From Rhizophagus irregularis (taxonomy: Eukaryota), in contig NC_089434.1 in the NCBI RefSeq assembly GCF_026210795.1, positions 5,146,001 through 5,210,000 on the forward strand: a stretch of 64,000 bases of DNA, in the 5' to 3' direction. The notes under the pieces were generated by a model, which worked only from the letters and a program-made list of their open reading frames with translations, searched no databases and was not told where the DNA came from. Below are positions 39,632 to 53,583 of the stretch, piece after piece (positions within the stretch are counted from its first letter, which is position 1; every line of letters begins with the position of its first letter). The position numbers and the translations under genes are program-made.

Positions 39632-41864
39632 CTTTGCTGAAACTTGGAGTTTACAATCGATATTGATTAGATATCGCAATGATATCATTACGATATCATT
39701 ACGATATTTTGATAAAAAATAGATTTGACGTCATTAAGTTAGTCGTAACTGTATTTAATCGACATTGATTAGATCGATATCTCTGCGATATCGCTGCGAT
39801 CATTATGCGATGTAAATATTATCACGTAACCACATCGTAGTGATGTCATATTAACATTGAATTAATATTACAAAAATATTTGACATTTATTTGATATCGT
39901 AACCATGTCGTAGTGATATTGTATTAACATTGACAAAATATTTGACATTTTATTTGATATTGTAACCACATCGTAGTGATATCATATTAACATCGAATTA
40001 ATATTGCAAAAATATTTGACATTTTATTTGATATCGTAATCACATCGTAGTGATGTCGTATTAACATTGAATTAATATTACAAAATATTTGACATTTTAT
40101 TTGATATCGTAACCACATCGTAGTGATATCATATTAACATCGAATTAATATTGCAAAATATTTGACATTTTATTTGATATCGTAACCACATCGTAGCCAT
40201 ATCGTAGTGATATCATATTAACATCGAATTAATATTGCAAAAATATTAAAAATATTTTACATCCATTTGATATCGTAGCCACATCGTAGTGATATCGTAT
40301 TAACATTGAATTAATATTACAATTTTATTTGATATCGTAACTACATCATAATAATATCATATTAATATCGAATTAATATTACAAAAAATGTTTTACATTT
40401 ATTTAATATCGTAACTACATCGTAATGATATTATATTAACACCGAATTAACATCACAAAAATATTTTTATTGTAATATATGTTTATTATTTATTATACAT
40501 TAATAATAATAATTTTTTATTAGTGGATTATTATGGGTGAGTGGAGTACGTTTCTTTTCTTCCTTTTTTTTTATTCTTTTCTTCTCTTTTTTATTCTTTT
40601 CTTCTCTTTTTTATTCTTTTCTTCTCTTTTTTATTCTTTTCTTCTCTTTTTTATTCTTTTCTTCTCTTTTTTATTCTTTTCTTCTCTTTTTTATTCTTTT
40701 CTTCTCGTATGTGAGTGGATGGATACGTCATTTTCAATTTTAAAATATATATATATATATATAAAAAATAAAAAAAACAATCATGATTAATAAAATGTAC
40801 TCTTTGTAAAATATATTTAAAATTTAATACATAACCTTAAGATAATAGTTAGAGCAGGTAATTCTGGGATTTTGTAAAGAATAATAAAAATGATAATATT
40901 TTTAAGTTAGTTCTTTCTTTAAATTTTTTTGAAAGTGTTTTGTTTCTTAAAATCATAATATTGTAAAAAAATGCTGGTTGCTACGACTGACGGACAACGA
41001 CAAATTGTCAGGCTACCTCCGGACAAAGTAATTAGAAGGCGGAAAATGCCATAAATATCCAGCCCTATTTTACAACATTTTCTTCCAGGCTAAAGCAAAT
41101 ATTACAAAAGAAATTGCAAATATATTTAACAAGCAATAGATACATGGCCGTTGAAAAATATATTCACATTTATACCACAGTCTAACAAAGAAATTGCAAA
41201 TATATTTAACAAGCAATAGATACATGGCCGTTGAAAAATATATTCACATTTATACCACAGTCTAACAAAAAAATACTCAAACCACAACATATTGTAAAAA
41301 AAATATGAAAAATACGTGTATATCCTATTTTCATACCTTGCTTAACAGCTCCACTATTTATTTAAAAAACGACTTTTTTCTCTTTTGTATGTGGGTAGGT
41401 GGGTACATTTTTCCTTTCTTTTATTCTTTTCTTTCGTATGTGAGTGGCGGGTACATTTTCTTTTCTTTATTCTTGCTTTTATTCTTGCTTTTCGTATGTG
41501 GGTGTCTTACTATGTTGAATATATAAACTAAAGTGTCCCAAAGTATTGTTAATATTGTAAAAAGATAATTAAAGTATACTTTAAAAAGAAAAAAGAAGAG
41601 ACAAACTAAAATACCGTAAAGTATTAATATAAAAGACAAGAGAAAAGCGTATTTTTGAAAATAAACAAAAAAAATCTCATTAATAAACGCGAATTTTAGC
41701 TATTTTTAGATATCACATGCATGATATCACATGCATGTAATTAAAGTGATTTTAATTGGTTAATTTTAATTTATTATTACATCATGCATATGATTTTATT
41801 GGTTAAAATTTTATACGATACAAATTAAAATAATTATTTTATTATATTTATATAATTAATATAA

Positions 41865-42131
41865 GGCAATTTCTATTTGTACACGGGGTGTTTAAACATG
41901 GGTCATATTAGTAGATTAAAAATGGCATTCAAAACCTTCTTTAATGCCTTAAGTCAACTTGCAGAGCAGGTGAAAATACATATATTTATTTGTAATATAA
42001 TAAGAATAAAAAGTAAAAGAGTATAATGTCGGTAGCATTCAATTTCAAATTAAAAAACAAAAAATTAGTCTATTAAAAATTATATTTATATGACCTGTGT
42101 ACAAACACCTCGTGTAAACTTAGAAATTTTC
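41865..42131. mobile_element. 267-bp MITE with a 9-bp TSD (MULE-like)
   Basis: ttaatataa|ggcaatttcta...tagaaattttc|ttaatataa. Empty site in copy 1 (~19215). Confidence 0.85.
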
Positions 42132-42140
42132 TTAATATAA

Positions 42141-45100
42141 TTATATGGCTGTAAAATAAAAATTATTTTTTATCCAAATTCTATTTGTAGTATCATGATT
42201 TGGTAGTTGGCACCTTTCTGAATTACAATTATGAATAAAATGTATTTTGAACAGTATATTACAGTAATTGGAAAAATACGTCTCCATTTATCTCCTGTTG
42301 CTTGGAGACGGTAAAGTGGACATTTTAATACTGAATGTTCAACCATAGTATCTTCAAACCAATCTACAACAATAAATGCATAATATTTGTTATTGTTACT
42401 CTTATGTTGAAAGATACCTTTGATTATTGCATAAGATTCTTCATGATCTTCTTCATAAATTATGATAAAATCATCGAGATGTAGGTGAACTTTTGAAAGG
42501 ATACCATTTTCTTCTTCAATCATATATGATGCAAATTTGTACCAACTAATTGAAGAGTTTATAAGTGCCGCTCAAACTTCATATTCACATAAGATAAAAA
42601 CAATTCAGTTTTAAAATTATGTAAAGTTAAAAGAAGTTTATCACGTTCTGCTTTGGCATTCTTTTTTTTAATGAAATATTGGAAATAAAGTTTACTGGAG
42701 ATATAACTAAATTAAAAGATTAGTAAATATAAATATCAAACATGTACTATTATATGCAATAAAATACTTACTTTTTGTATCATCATCATCGTCTTGAACT
42801 TGTTCAGTTGCTTCAGTTGAATATTTATCTTCTGTAACATACCAATTTAAAAATAATTGTCCAAAATTTGAATTTGTAAATCCAGTACAAGATCTAAATC
42901 TTGGATCAATACCACCATCTGCTAAATGTTGAATTGCAAATAAAGTATTGTAACACTTTAATAAATCTAAATCTATGTTTTTGCAATTAGTTTTTGGTAC
43001 CATCCCCTTAAAAATACGATGGACCATTTCTTTTATACCAACTTGGATATTAATAAGTGTTCCAAAGGTTTTAGCATGCATCAAAAGATGCATATTAACG
43101 TGTATGTTTGGTAAATTAACAAAATTTACAAAAACCTATAAAAAGTAAAATATTGTTAATTATTTGAAATTATTCCACATTTCAATATCAAATTTGTAAC
43201 TATACCGCTTTGGAAGGATTGAAAACTCTTCTTCAAGACATTGTTGCAATTCCTCATAGCTATCTGATGTAAATTTCTTGTTAAAAACCGCTTTCATAGT
43301 TTTTGCAACATGTATCCAACAAGATATAATAATTTTTGGAACTGAACTAACTCGAAATGCATCAATTCTTTGTTGAATCATGGCTGTTTCATTACATTTG
43401 ATACTTGATTCTTTTAAAAACTGGTTTAACAAAAATGGCATAATCATAGCTAATCTAAGTAAATCTGACATCATAAAACTATTGTAGTGAGTAATCGGAT
43501 TTGGTAAGCGAGACCATCTTTTTGGGATTTCAAAATTTTTCCAAATTTCGATAAAATTATCTTCTCCTTCTCGTGAAAATAATTCACAAGTTAATTTTAG
43601 TAGCCGCCCAATCTTTCCTGCAGTCACATGATAAACATCCTGCGGCGTCTGTAAATGTCTTTCCCTTTTTAATTTATCTAAAATACTAGGTAATGATCGT
43701 AAATCATATTCCGTACAAAGTTGATCTCTTCTTGACATTATAGTCTCATGAGAAATTTTTAAGATTTCTTCGTCTATAATATGATGATAACGTAATATTG
43801 TTACGATATCCTGATTGTGAGCACTCAATGATTCTTTAGTAGTTTTACAAGTACGACAACCCTTATTTGCATTATGTCTAAATTTATTTTTTAAAAAATT
43901 TTAATAGTTGTCATAAAATTATATTATTATATTATTAACTAAGTTGAAAAAATACCTTAGTACTCCTGTCATATCGTTACCTTGAGGTAAATCTGCCGTA
44001 ACAACGCCTAAACCAGCAATTATCCATGCATCTTGTCCTTGGACAGTCATCACCTTTCCTTTCTCTAATTCCTTCATTTCTGAAATGAATGGTATCATAA
44101 ATTCGTCAAATTTTCCTCCAAATGGGATAAACCCAATAACAAAATGGTTCTTTATTAGCTTTCTTTGATGTGCTGGCATATTTCCAAACTGTACATAAAC
44201 ACCACCTAGAGAATGGTATACATTTCTAAATGTACCAAAATCATCATAATAAAGATCTAAAAACAGCTTATAGATTGGCATAGATGATGATGGTGGATTT
44301 CTAATAGAAATGTAATCAGATGGATGTAGGTATGAAAGCTTTACATTACGAACGTGCCAACGGTCATTACATTTATAAATTATTTCACTAATCCGCAATG
44401 AACCATCAGGAATATTTTGATGTTGAAACATCATCGATATAGTTACTTTTTCTAAAATTTGAGAAGTCATTATAATTAAAAATCGTTCGTCTTGTAACCA
44501 TACTTCACCGGTAATAAAACGACGTTGTCTTGGTAACCCTTTTAAATTTCCGGGTAAATCACTATATTCCAAAATTTTTTGAATTCGTAACTGATAATAT
44601 CCATCATGATTTTTTAAAATTGATCTTAATCTTCCAAGTTTTTTTTGACCATTATCATCATGATAGTAAACAAAATCACCAGATCGGTACAATACTATTT
44701 ATTAAAAATAAATAACTTTAATAAATATTATCAATGATAATAAATTATAATTGTATCAAAGTGTATTAATTTATAACCTTCTGATATTAATATTTCGTGT
44801 TGTCCAAAAAGTGGGGATTCCCCCATAAATTTCCATGCCAAAATTCTGATTTTTCTTCAGAATTAATGCTGGGTCCAAAATACATATGCTTCATTAGCAT
44901 CGGATTATTAAGAACACGCCATATAATTTCACTAATTGAGAGTTGATACGAAGGTTTTGATCACTTCGTGAGGTTGATGGAGTTTTTTTTGGTGAAATTT
45001 TAATAGACTTTGTTATTATTGGTAGGAGAGGAAGACGTTTTCTCCATGATTGGAATCTTCAGATATTTTTTACCACATGGGTAGGTTCAAATTGAGAATT

Positions 45101-45772
45101 GTGAATGATATCGACAAGATCTTCATATGCTTTCGTAGAAATATTATGTTTCTGAAGCCAGCAAAATAATGGCGTAGTTGTATAATTATCAAAGTACGGT
45201 GCAAATTGACCATTGCAGAACGGTATCTTGTCTTCATCTAACGCTTCAACGATTTGATGTATTTCTTCCTCTTCGTTATTACGTTCCTCTTCATCGTTAT
45301 TATGTTCCTCTTCATCGTAATTACGTTCCTCTTCATCGTTATTACGTTCCTCTTCCACTTGATTATTATTATCATCATTATTATCTTCATCCTCCTCCTC
45401 TTCGTCATTGTTTTCATTATTATCTTCCTCCTCTTCCTCCTCTTCATAATTGTATTCGTTATCACTTTCTTCTTCCTCTTCAGTATCAGATGAATTGACA
45501 TTATCTTGCGAAAATATCATCTCATCATTGTAGTCTTGAGGATTAATTGATCCATATGCATTATCGTCATCATTAATGTCTTGAAAACTTAAATCATCTT
45601 TATGATCATACTGAAAGTCCATGTCATCATTATCATTATTAGGTGAACGTACAGGTGAACGAATTGCCACTCTCTCGTCAGAATCTGTTGTCTCATTAGG
45701 TTTGCTGTAAGAAAACCGATTTCGAATTCGAATTGGCTCTATTGGCTTGTTGTGACTATATCGTCTTCTCAT
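42141..45772 (-). pseudogene. CMC/Plavaka-like transposase, copy 2
   Basis: ORFs 45059-45772, 43919-44692, 43160-43828, 42707-43093 and 42170-42523 are nearly identical to copy 1. Confidence 0.8.
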
Positions 45773-46023
45773 CTTTATAACAATTTAAAATAATTCAAAT
45801 TTAATTAGAATTTTATAAATTCAATTAGAACTAAATTTATTAAATACTATTAGTGTGTCGGCAAAAAAAAAAATGCAATTAAGTAATCAATTCGGTTAAA
45901 TTACTGCCGATTTGGCTACACAAAATTTAGGGTCAATTATACCGGCTGTATATGGTTAATGACAATTGGTATGACAAATAATATTATCGAAAATAGTCAT
46001 TTATTGAATGAAAATAAAATAAA

Positions 46024-49000
46024 GGGTTTAATTTTTATACGCCCCCACGTTGCAACGCACCCTCCGATCACGTGATTTCATAAGTTTGATAGCCGATAAA
46101 TTTTTAGGCGGATAGTATACAACTATACATACTAAATGCTAACACGGATAATGTGTTAATGGCGTCATTATGAGTTCTCTTTTTACACACTAAACGCTAA
46201 AACTATTTTTAGACAGACAATAAGTGTTAATAGAGTCATTATAAGTTCTCTTTTTACACACTAAGCGCTAAAACTCTTTTTAGACAGACAGTGAGTGTTA
46301 ATGGAGTACATACTAATCGCTAACACTTTGGTTTGTTTTTCAGTTTCTTGTGGGCGTATTCCTGGATTTAGTAAGTGTTGGTGGTAGTATGCGAATACGC
46401 GTTTCTTTTTACACATTTAATGTTAATGTAGACTCTTGAACCTAGTAAGTGTTGGTGATTGTCATGCGTTTTCTTTTACATATTTAACATTTCTTTTTTG
46501 TAGACTAGGAAGTTGAGTGGAAAATTTTCGATTAGTTTCAGTGCTGTTTCTAACCATTTTTTACGGCTAAACAGTGATCTTTCTTCTATGATATATCATG
46601 CAATTCTTGAGTTCGTATCATCAATATGGTAAGGGTTCTGTAATAACATAAATTTTCATCATCTATCATAAGTTCTAACATAAATCTTTGCCGTGAATTT
46701 TGTAGTCCTGGGATGTTACGCATTTTTTTATACATCATCTTTTTATCTAGGCAAGTGTATCAGAAAAGTTACGTGCATCTGTAATATAAATAAGAAATCG
46801 GGTGTAACTGATTAGATACAATTATCTAAAAAGAAACTTTTGATGTATTTTTATGCTTTCTTTTCTAAACTTTTATAAAACTTTTTTTTGCATTAGTTTT
46901 TTATTGTTTATTAAAGATTGATTCATTTATTTTCACGTACATTTATCAAAAGACTAGCAACTAATATAAAATTACTGAGTTATTTTTGATTTTGTGTACA
47001 CGTGCTTGAATAATGTCCGGCTTGTCTACAAATTTTGCAATGCCGTTGACTCTTGTTAGATTTTGGAGGCTCCATGGCACTTTTAATTCTTGTTGTTCCT
47101 TTTGGTCAACCTTTTCTAGGTTTCTTAATTGGATTTTGAAGCTGCAAGCTATTTTCATTAGCTTCATCATCGGTATCTATTTCACTATTAAGCTCATCCT
47201 CAAAATCATTAAGTTCATCAAGATAGCGTTGAAAAATCTCAAAAATTCGCTCATCCTTTTTTTCAACCGCCTTAAGAGTAACTTTTTTAGCCATTCCCAT
47301 CACTTTTCCAAAGAAAAGTTTTTCATCTAAAGTAGATTTACTTATCTGCTCCCATTTATCAACATTGTTTTGTATTAAAGCCGTTAGATAAAAAATTTCT
47401 TGATTTATTTCTGGTTGCTTTAACAATTCAGTGTCCTGAAATTTAGCTGCAAATACGAAAGGTTCATGTTTTCCATCCAAGTCTCGATTTTTATACCAAC
47501 GTGGTCTAATAAGTTGAATGTGAAACATTGCTGTATGTGTATGCATCATAAGACTAAAATAATGTCGGCAAACAATTTCCCTTGTAACTGTTGCTAAACA
47601 TGAACATAAATGGGCCGAATTGTTCATTAAAAGGATAAAATGTTTGAATTTTTGGGTATTTTGAACTGAAATACCCCAAATTTCTTTAATTTCTCTTTGG
47701 TTAACATGATAAAAAATTGATTTGATACATGCTTTACGCTCATCAGGTAAATCTTCCAAAAAACCTGTATCAATCACTTCAGAAATCTTAAATAATTTAA
47801 AATTTTGTTAATCATTGCTGCATTTCGCTTACTATTCTTACTATTACTACCCTTCTATAAAAAATTATTAACATACCTGTTCAAACATGTCAATTTGGTT
47901 TAATTCAAATTGTTCACACTTGTAATAAACACTTTGATTGATTTCTTGAACTTGAAGATTATATAATGGAGTTGTTAAGTATTTTTTTATCAATGCTTCG
48001 ATTGCAGAAAAAAGGAAACTTGCTGTTTGTAAGTCAACTACACAAGGAATGACTGTTTTCCAAAAAGCAAATTCCTTTTGTTTTTCTTCTTCTTTATGAC
48101 GACGATGTATTACTTCAGCAAGTTGCAATAGAGAGGTGTTGGAATTAAGAATTTCACGTTTTAAAACTGCATTCATGCCCTCTACACGTGAAGTAGATTG
48201 TACTGCCGCGGTGAAAATTGTTGAAGTAAAACAAAGTGCCCAATATGTTTTAGTCTTATACAAATTTCTCAAATATTCAGCAGCTTGTTCATATTTTTCA
48301 ATCAATATGGTAAATAACTGTTCAAATCTTTCTTGACTTAAGCTATTTCTAGCATTATAAAACTCGCTCAAAAATTCTGAATATTTATTGCCCAACAATT
48401 TTGAAAACTTTTTATGAAGGTTTTGACTGATATGAAATATACAATGCATTGTGTAACAATTCTGGTAAATTTTAATACATGCAGCATCTACCGCCAGATC
48501 TGCATCTGTCATAAAAACCAAAGGAACTAACCCTCCACTTATAGTTTCATTTGACTGTTTTTTACCACCTGTTGCAAGTAGTGTACACTCAAAAATCCAA
48601 GCATGGGCTTCTGCTGTTTCGTCATCAATAAGCGCTTGACATACTAATCGTGAATTATTGTGATTATCAATAGTGACAAATAATGATAACGCCATATCGT
48701 ATCTATTTGTTTTACAAGTAACATCGTTAATAATAACGTCATGATATTGAATCCACAGCTCCACTTGATTAGGAGACATCCAAAGCAATCTCCTTAAAAC
48801 CTTTGTTTCATCAAAATTGACAAAAATTTGCCATCTAATATCATCTTTTTTTAATTTAAGAAGATGTTCATAGAGATTTAACGCATCTCTATTTAACTCT
48901 TTTGCTGATGGCCGGTATTTTTGTATTTCATAACGAAGGATATCAGATTGAATTTTTCGCTCAGGATACTTTTTTTCAAGATATACTCTTTGCTGTGTTA

Positions 49001-50007
49001 TAGTAAGACGAACTTGTAATGTTAAAAACTTAATATCCTCTATCATTTCTCTCGTTAATGCTGTCTCTTTTGTGTAATTTATAAGTTGAGAATTAAGTTC
49101 ATGACAATGTTCATTTACAATTGTTGTAACAAATACATATTGATTGACATTATTTTTTTCCGGTCTTGATAGGTTGATATGAGCTTTACAACCTAATCGA
49201 ATAGTTTTACTAACTTTTGCTATCGTCTTATGATTTTCTTTAATATTATTGTTCAAAGATAATTCAGCTAACGGCTTTTTATATTTACCAGAGTGTTGAC
49301 AAACAATAGCTAATTTCCTATATTCACCTGCTGGCATATTATTGTTACGATCAGATCTATCTAATCGTGATTGAAACCCTTGAAGATTACACCATTCTGA
49401 AACGTAAGCTATAGCAGATAGCCATGAAATAAAATGCTGTCCAACATAAAGCTCGGATTGTTGAGAATTACTAGTTAAAGTTTCTATTGCTTCAATAATA
49501 CTTTTTTCTTGTGGAACCGCCATTTTATACTAAAAAAGGAAAGTTCGTTCCTAAATATAAAACAAAAAAGGTAAGTTTGTCTTTAACTATAAAACAAAAA
49601 AGGCAAGTTTACCAAAAAAGCTATGATATGTTATTTTATTCTATCGCTATACAATTTCTTTATTGTAAACGTACTAAACAAAGAAACAAAACAAATATAG
49701 AAAGATTTACCTGTTGTAGTAAAATAAAAGAAGAAAGCTTCACCAAGTTGTAAAACAAAAAAAGGAAAAAGATTTACTAGTAATGAAACAAAAAAAGAGA
49801 GCTTTTGCCAACTGTAAAACAAAAAAAGAAAGAGTTTTTTTGATTACAAAAACAAAAAAGGAAGGTTCGCGTAAAAAATTTACGAGAATAATAAAAAAAT
49901 CTTGGCATATCATTATTGGTGTATATGTACAGCCAATCAAAATTTAATTATTATCACGTGATTTAAGAGGATGCGTTGCTACGCAGGGGCGTAAAATTAT
50001 TATTTCC
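46024..50007 (-). mobile_element. MULE/Mutator element with a 9-bp TSD
   Basis: taaaataaa flanks both ends. Imperfect TIRs (tacgcccccacgttgcaacgcac / tgcgttgctacgcaggggcgta). Empty site in copy 1 (~15375). Confidence 0.9.
46980..49523 (-). CDS. FAR1/MULE transposase with SWIM and CCHC fingers (one intron; late premature TGA at 47106-47108)
   Basis: GCKA...EHCH, DVTCKTNRY, FMTDAD, CIFH, STSRVEGMN, CSC...CRH. The frame continues past the TGA to CKICRQAGHYSSTC. Confidence 0.9.
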
Positions 50008-50197
50008 TAAAATAAAATATATAATAATATAAAACATAATAATAAAATAAAATAAAACATATAATAATATAAACATAATAATAATTAAATAAAATAAAAC
50101 ATATAATAAAATAAAACATATAATAATAAAATAAAATAAAACATAATATTAAAATAAAATAAAATATATTAAAATAATAAAATAAAAAATAAAAAAT

Positions 50198-50777
50198 CAA
50201 TAACGTCGGTGAGAGGCGCCCGCGCTCGGTGGTAGGAGATCGAGCGAAGCGCTCGCTCTCGGTGGTAGTAGGGGGATCGGGAGCGAGAGCGTCTGCGCTC
50301 TCTATACTCGTATGTCCTACGATCCATCTTATTTCTCCGGGCGGCCCGGACTAATGCTTAAAACAAAGCAAGTATTAATATAAATGCAATGAATTAATGA
50401 AAAAATCAGTTAAATAATAAATACTTACGCTCCACTTTCCAAAACTCGTCAGAGAGTTCCTGGTGGAATCTCTCGTCATGCAAAGTCGGGGTACGAGTGG
50501 GATATCCTTCAGGATTTCTGTTTATTAATCTCTCTAAATTCTCGTACCCCGACTTTAGCGCATTCCATTTCTCTCTACATTGTTTTCTAGTTGGCCTGAA
50601 TATGTGGTTGTTTCGTATATCATGAGCAATTCCACGCCATAATTGGTTTTGGTCATGTAACCTCATTGTGGTGAATAAGGGCTGATAGGCCCGATGACGC
50701 TGAATTAAGGTCAAAGCAGCGTCATCGGGCCATTGAATGTATACTGGAAGATTTGCGTTTAAGTTTAATGCTGCCAT
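50198..50777 (-). CDS. Myb/SANT-like (trihelix) protein, copy 2; exon 1 intact, RS tail shortened or degenerate
   Basis: ORF 50406-50777 with QCREKWNALKSGY. Second exon at ~50198-50357. Confidence 0.75.
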
Positions 50778-52430
50778 TATTAAATATTATTAGTTTGATG
50801 GGGAAAATGTCAAGAAAAGGCTCTATATTTATAATAAATTTATTATGATTTCTTTGAGTTTATTTTTACGATCTTGTCTAAATTTTTTAGTTTTAATGCA
50901 ATCATCCTTAATTAATTTATTTAACATTGAATACACACATAATTTTTTTTTGATTTCTTTGAGTTTATTTTTACGATCTTGTCTAAATTTTTTAGTTCTA
51001 ATGCAATCATCCTTAATTAATTTATTTAACAATGAATACACACATAATTTTTTTTTGATTTCTTTGAGTTTATTTTTACGATCTTGTCTAGTTCTAATGC
51101 AATCATCTTTAATTAATTTATTTAACATTGAATACACACATATTTTTTTTGATTTCTTTGAGTTTATTTTTACGATCTTGCCTAAATTTTTTAGTTCTAA
51201 TGCAATCATCTTTAATTAATTTATTTAACATTGAATACACTCAATTTTTTGATTTATCAATTTATTTTAAAAATATAATTATAGTAATACTGCATTAATT
51301 AATATATATAAATAAAAATAAATAAACAAATTCTATTAATAAAAAATGAGTTAAAATGTTATCTTTATACTTTATAATTATAAAATATAATATTTTAAAT
51401 CACGCATGTCCTTCCTTGATTATATTTCATATTACACTGCGATGATATATTACAATTATACTGAATTTTAAGCTAACCTTAATTTACACCGTAAGGAACT
51501 TAATTCGATCTTAATTTACTCCGTTTTAGAAATATTATCGAACAATTAAACAAATGATTAGTTGCACATGACTTGTATTATTTGAATAGTTGATACTTTA
51601 TATACCAATATTTGATTACACCAATATGTATTAAAACTCTTTCCTATCAGTAATTTCACAATTTCAATCAATATATCAGTATTTTTCAAATATCGTTGTA
51701 AGTCGACTACTGTAGATCCCATCTATTTTTTATGTAATCAATCCAGAGGTTTACACTAAATAGATATGGCTTAGTTAGATAGGATCATCACATGGTTCAT
51801 TGGCTCAGTTATTTTTCCGTCAAGAGTACCAGGATCTTATAAATTTTTTTTATCGTATCACACATAAAAATGGAAATTCAAAACGTAATATTCCATTAAT
51901 TTCTTCTCACTCCTTTTCTTCTACCGATCATTTTTCTTCTCACCTTTCCATTATTTTTCTTCTCATTCCACGTATAGCCTGAAAAATATAATAAATTTGA
52001 AACCGTAAAATCGATTTGAGGTAATCTTTCATGTAAAAAAAAAATTTCACTGAATGAAATTCGATATTGTAATAATTTATTTATATTAATTAAATTTAAT
52101 TTTCGATCTTCTAGAAATCATAATTTTTAGTTTTCCCATCTCCTGATATTTTTAACTGATCCTGCATTCTACACGATACACAATGATATTAAGATCATGT
52201 ATATTTTCCAATTAAATACTACAATCATAATTACAATAGCTAAAATCTCAAAATTATATCATGATAACCTCGCCCTTTTTTTTGTTCATTCAATATTTAT
52301 CATCTACTTTTTTGAGCAAGAAAGTTGCTCTACATTTTTTATTCATTCATATTTTCTCGATAAATATCACCTACTTTTAAACAAAAAGGTTGTTCCACTT
52401 TTTTTTTCGCTCATATTTTTTTTTTATATT

Positions 52431-53583
52431 ATAACGACTAAACGTAAATTACCTAATAAATCGTCTGATGATAATCAAGAAATGGAAGTTGAAGGAGGTA
52501 TGTAGATATAACTCTTTTGTAAATTTATAGTAAGTTTTGCTTATATAGTTATATGTAAGAAGAATAATTAATAAATACCAAAAATATGTATAATAGGATC
52601 GAAAAGAAAACAAATTACGAAAAAAAGAAGAGATATTGACATTGAGAAAGCCAATCAGTTGATAAAAAAAAGTAAAAGTAGTAATAAAGAAGCTGCCAAA
52701 TCTGCTGATAAAGAAGTTATAGTAGTAAATGAAAAAAGAAGTAATGATGATGATGATGATGATGATGATAATGATGATGATGATGAGAGTAAGACAGAAG
52801 ATCATAAAAAACCCGAAGTATTTCAATCAAAGTCAAATTTAGAAATAGTTGCTTGGCTCGTCGACCATCCAGAAATTTTAAGATTGGCACTAGAAATGAA
52901 CAATATGGATGTTACTATCTCATCATCCAGTAAAATTACAGACGTAAGTATTAAATTAACATGATTTTATTATGTCTAAATCTTTTAAATAATGTATTTT
53001 TAATATTTTAGGATAAAATTTGTCTATGGGACGAAAGTGTCAAGTATCTTTTTTTACGTGCAAGAAGTCCGCGTGGTGAAGTTTTTGATGAGTTGATAAC
53101 AAAAATTTTCAAAATAAAAATACATTCGAACGAAGCTAAAAGCTACCTCGAAAAAACCCGAAAATTTTTTATCGATTTCAGAAATAAGTTTAACCAAATT
53201 ATTTTAACTTCTGTAGAAGAATTTAAAGAAATAAGAAAAAACAGGTATTTATTTAATTGTTTCGTAGATAACCAAATAGTGCTGTTTGTATTAATTATTA
53301 ATTTAATTATAGAGCATCTACTGGAAGTTTATCTCAAAAGGAACTTATAGATTACGTTGATGAAGAATTTGTCCAAAAGATTTTAAGCCGACAGCTTGTA
53401 GCTGTTAATATTTCAGAATTAACAAGAAATGGAGGATTCAATACCTTGGTTGATTTTGTAAGAGAAACCTTTAAGGTTTCATGGAACGGAAAAAATTTGT
53501 CCGCCGTTAAAGAATTAGATAATATGACCAAAAAATTAACGATCCCTTCTAGGAGCAGAAATAAGATCGTTGATTCTTTATCG
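52431..53583 (+). CDS. Multi-exon accessory gene of unknown function, copy 2
   Basis: Exons joined by GT-AG introns: TTKRKLP...EG / SKRKQ...poly-D...WLVDHPEIL...KITD / DKICLWDESVKYLFLRARSP...FRNKFNQ / ...TIPSRS. Start codon uncertain. Confidence 0.65.
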
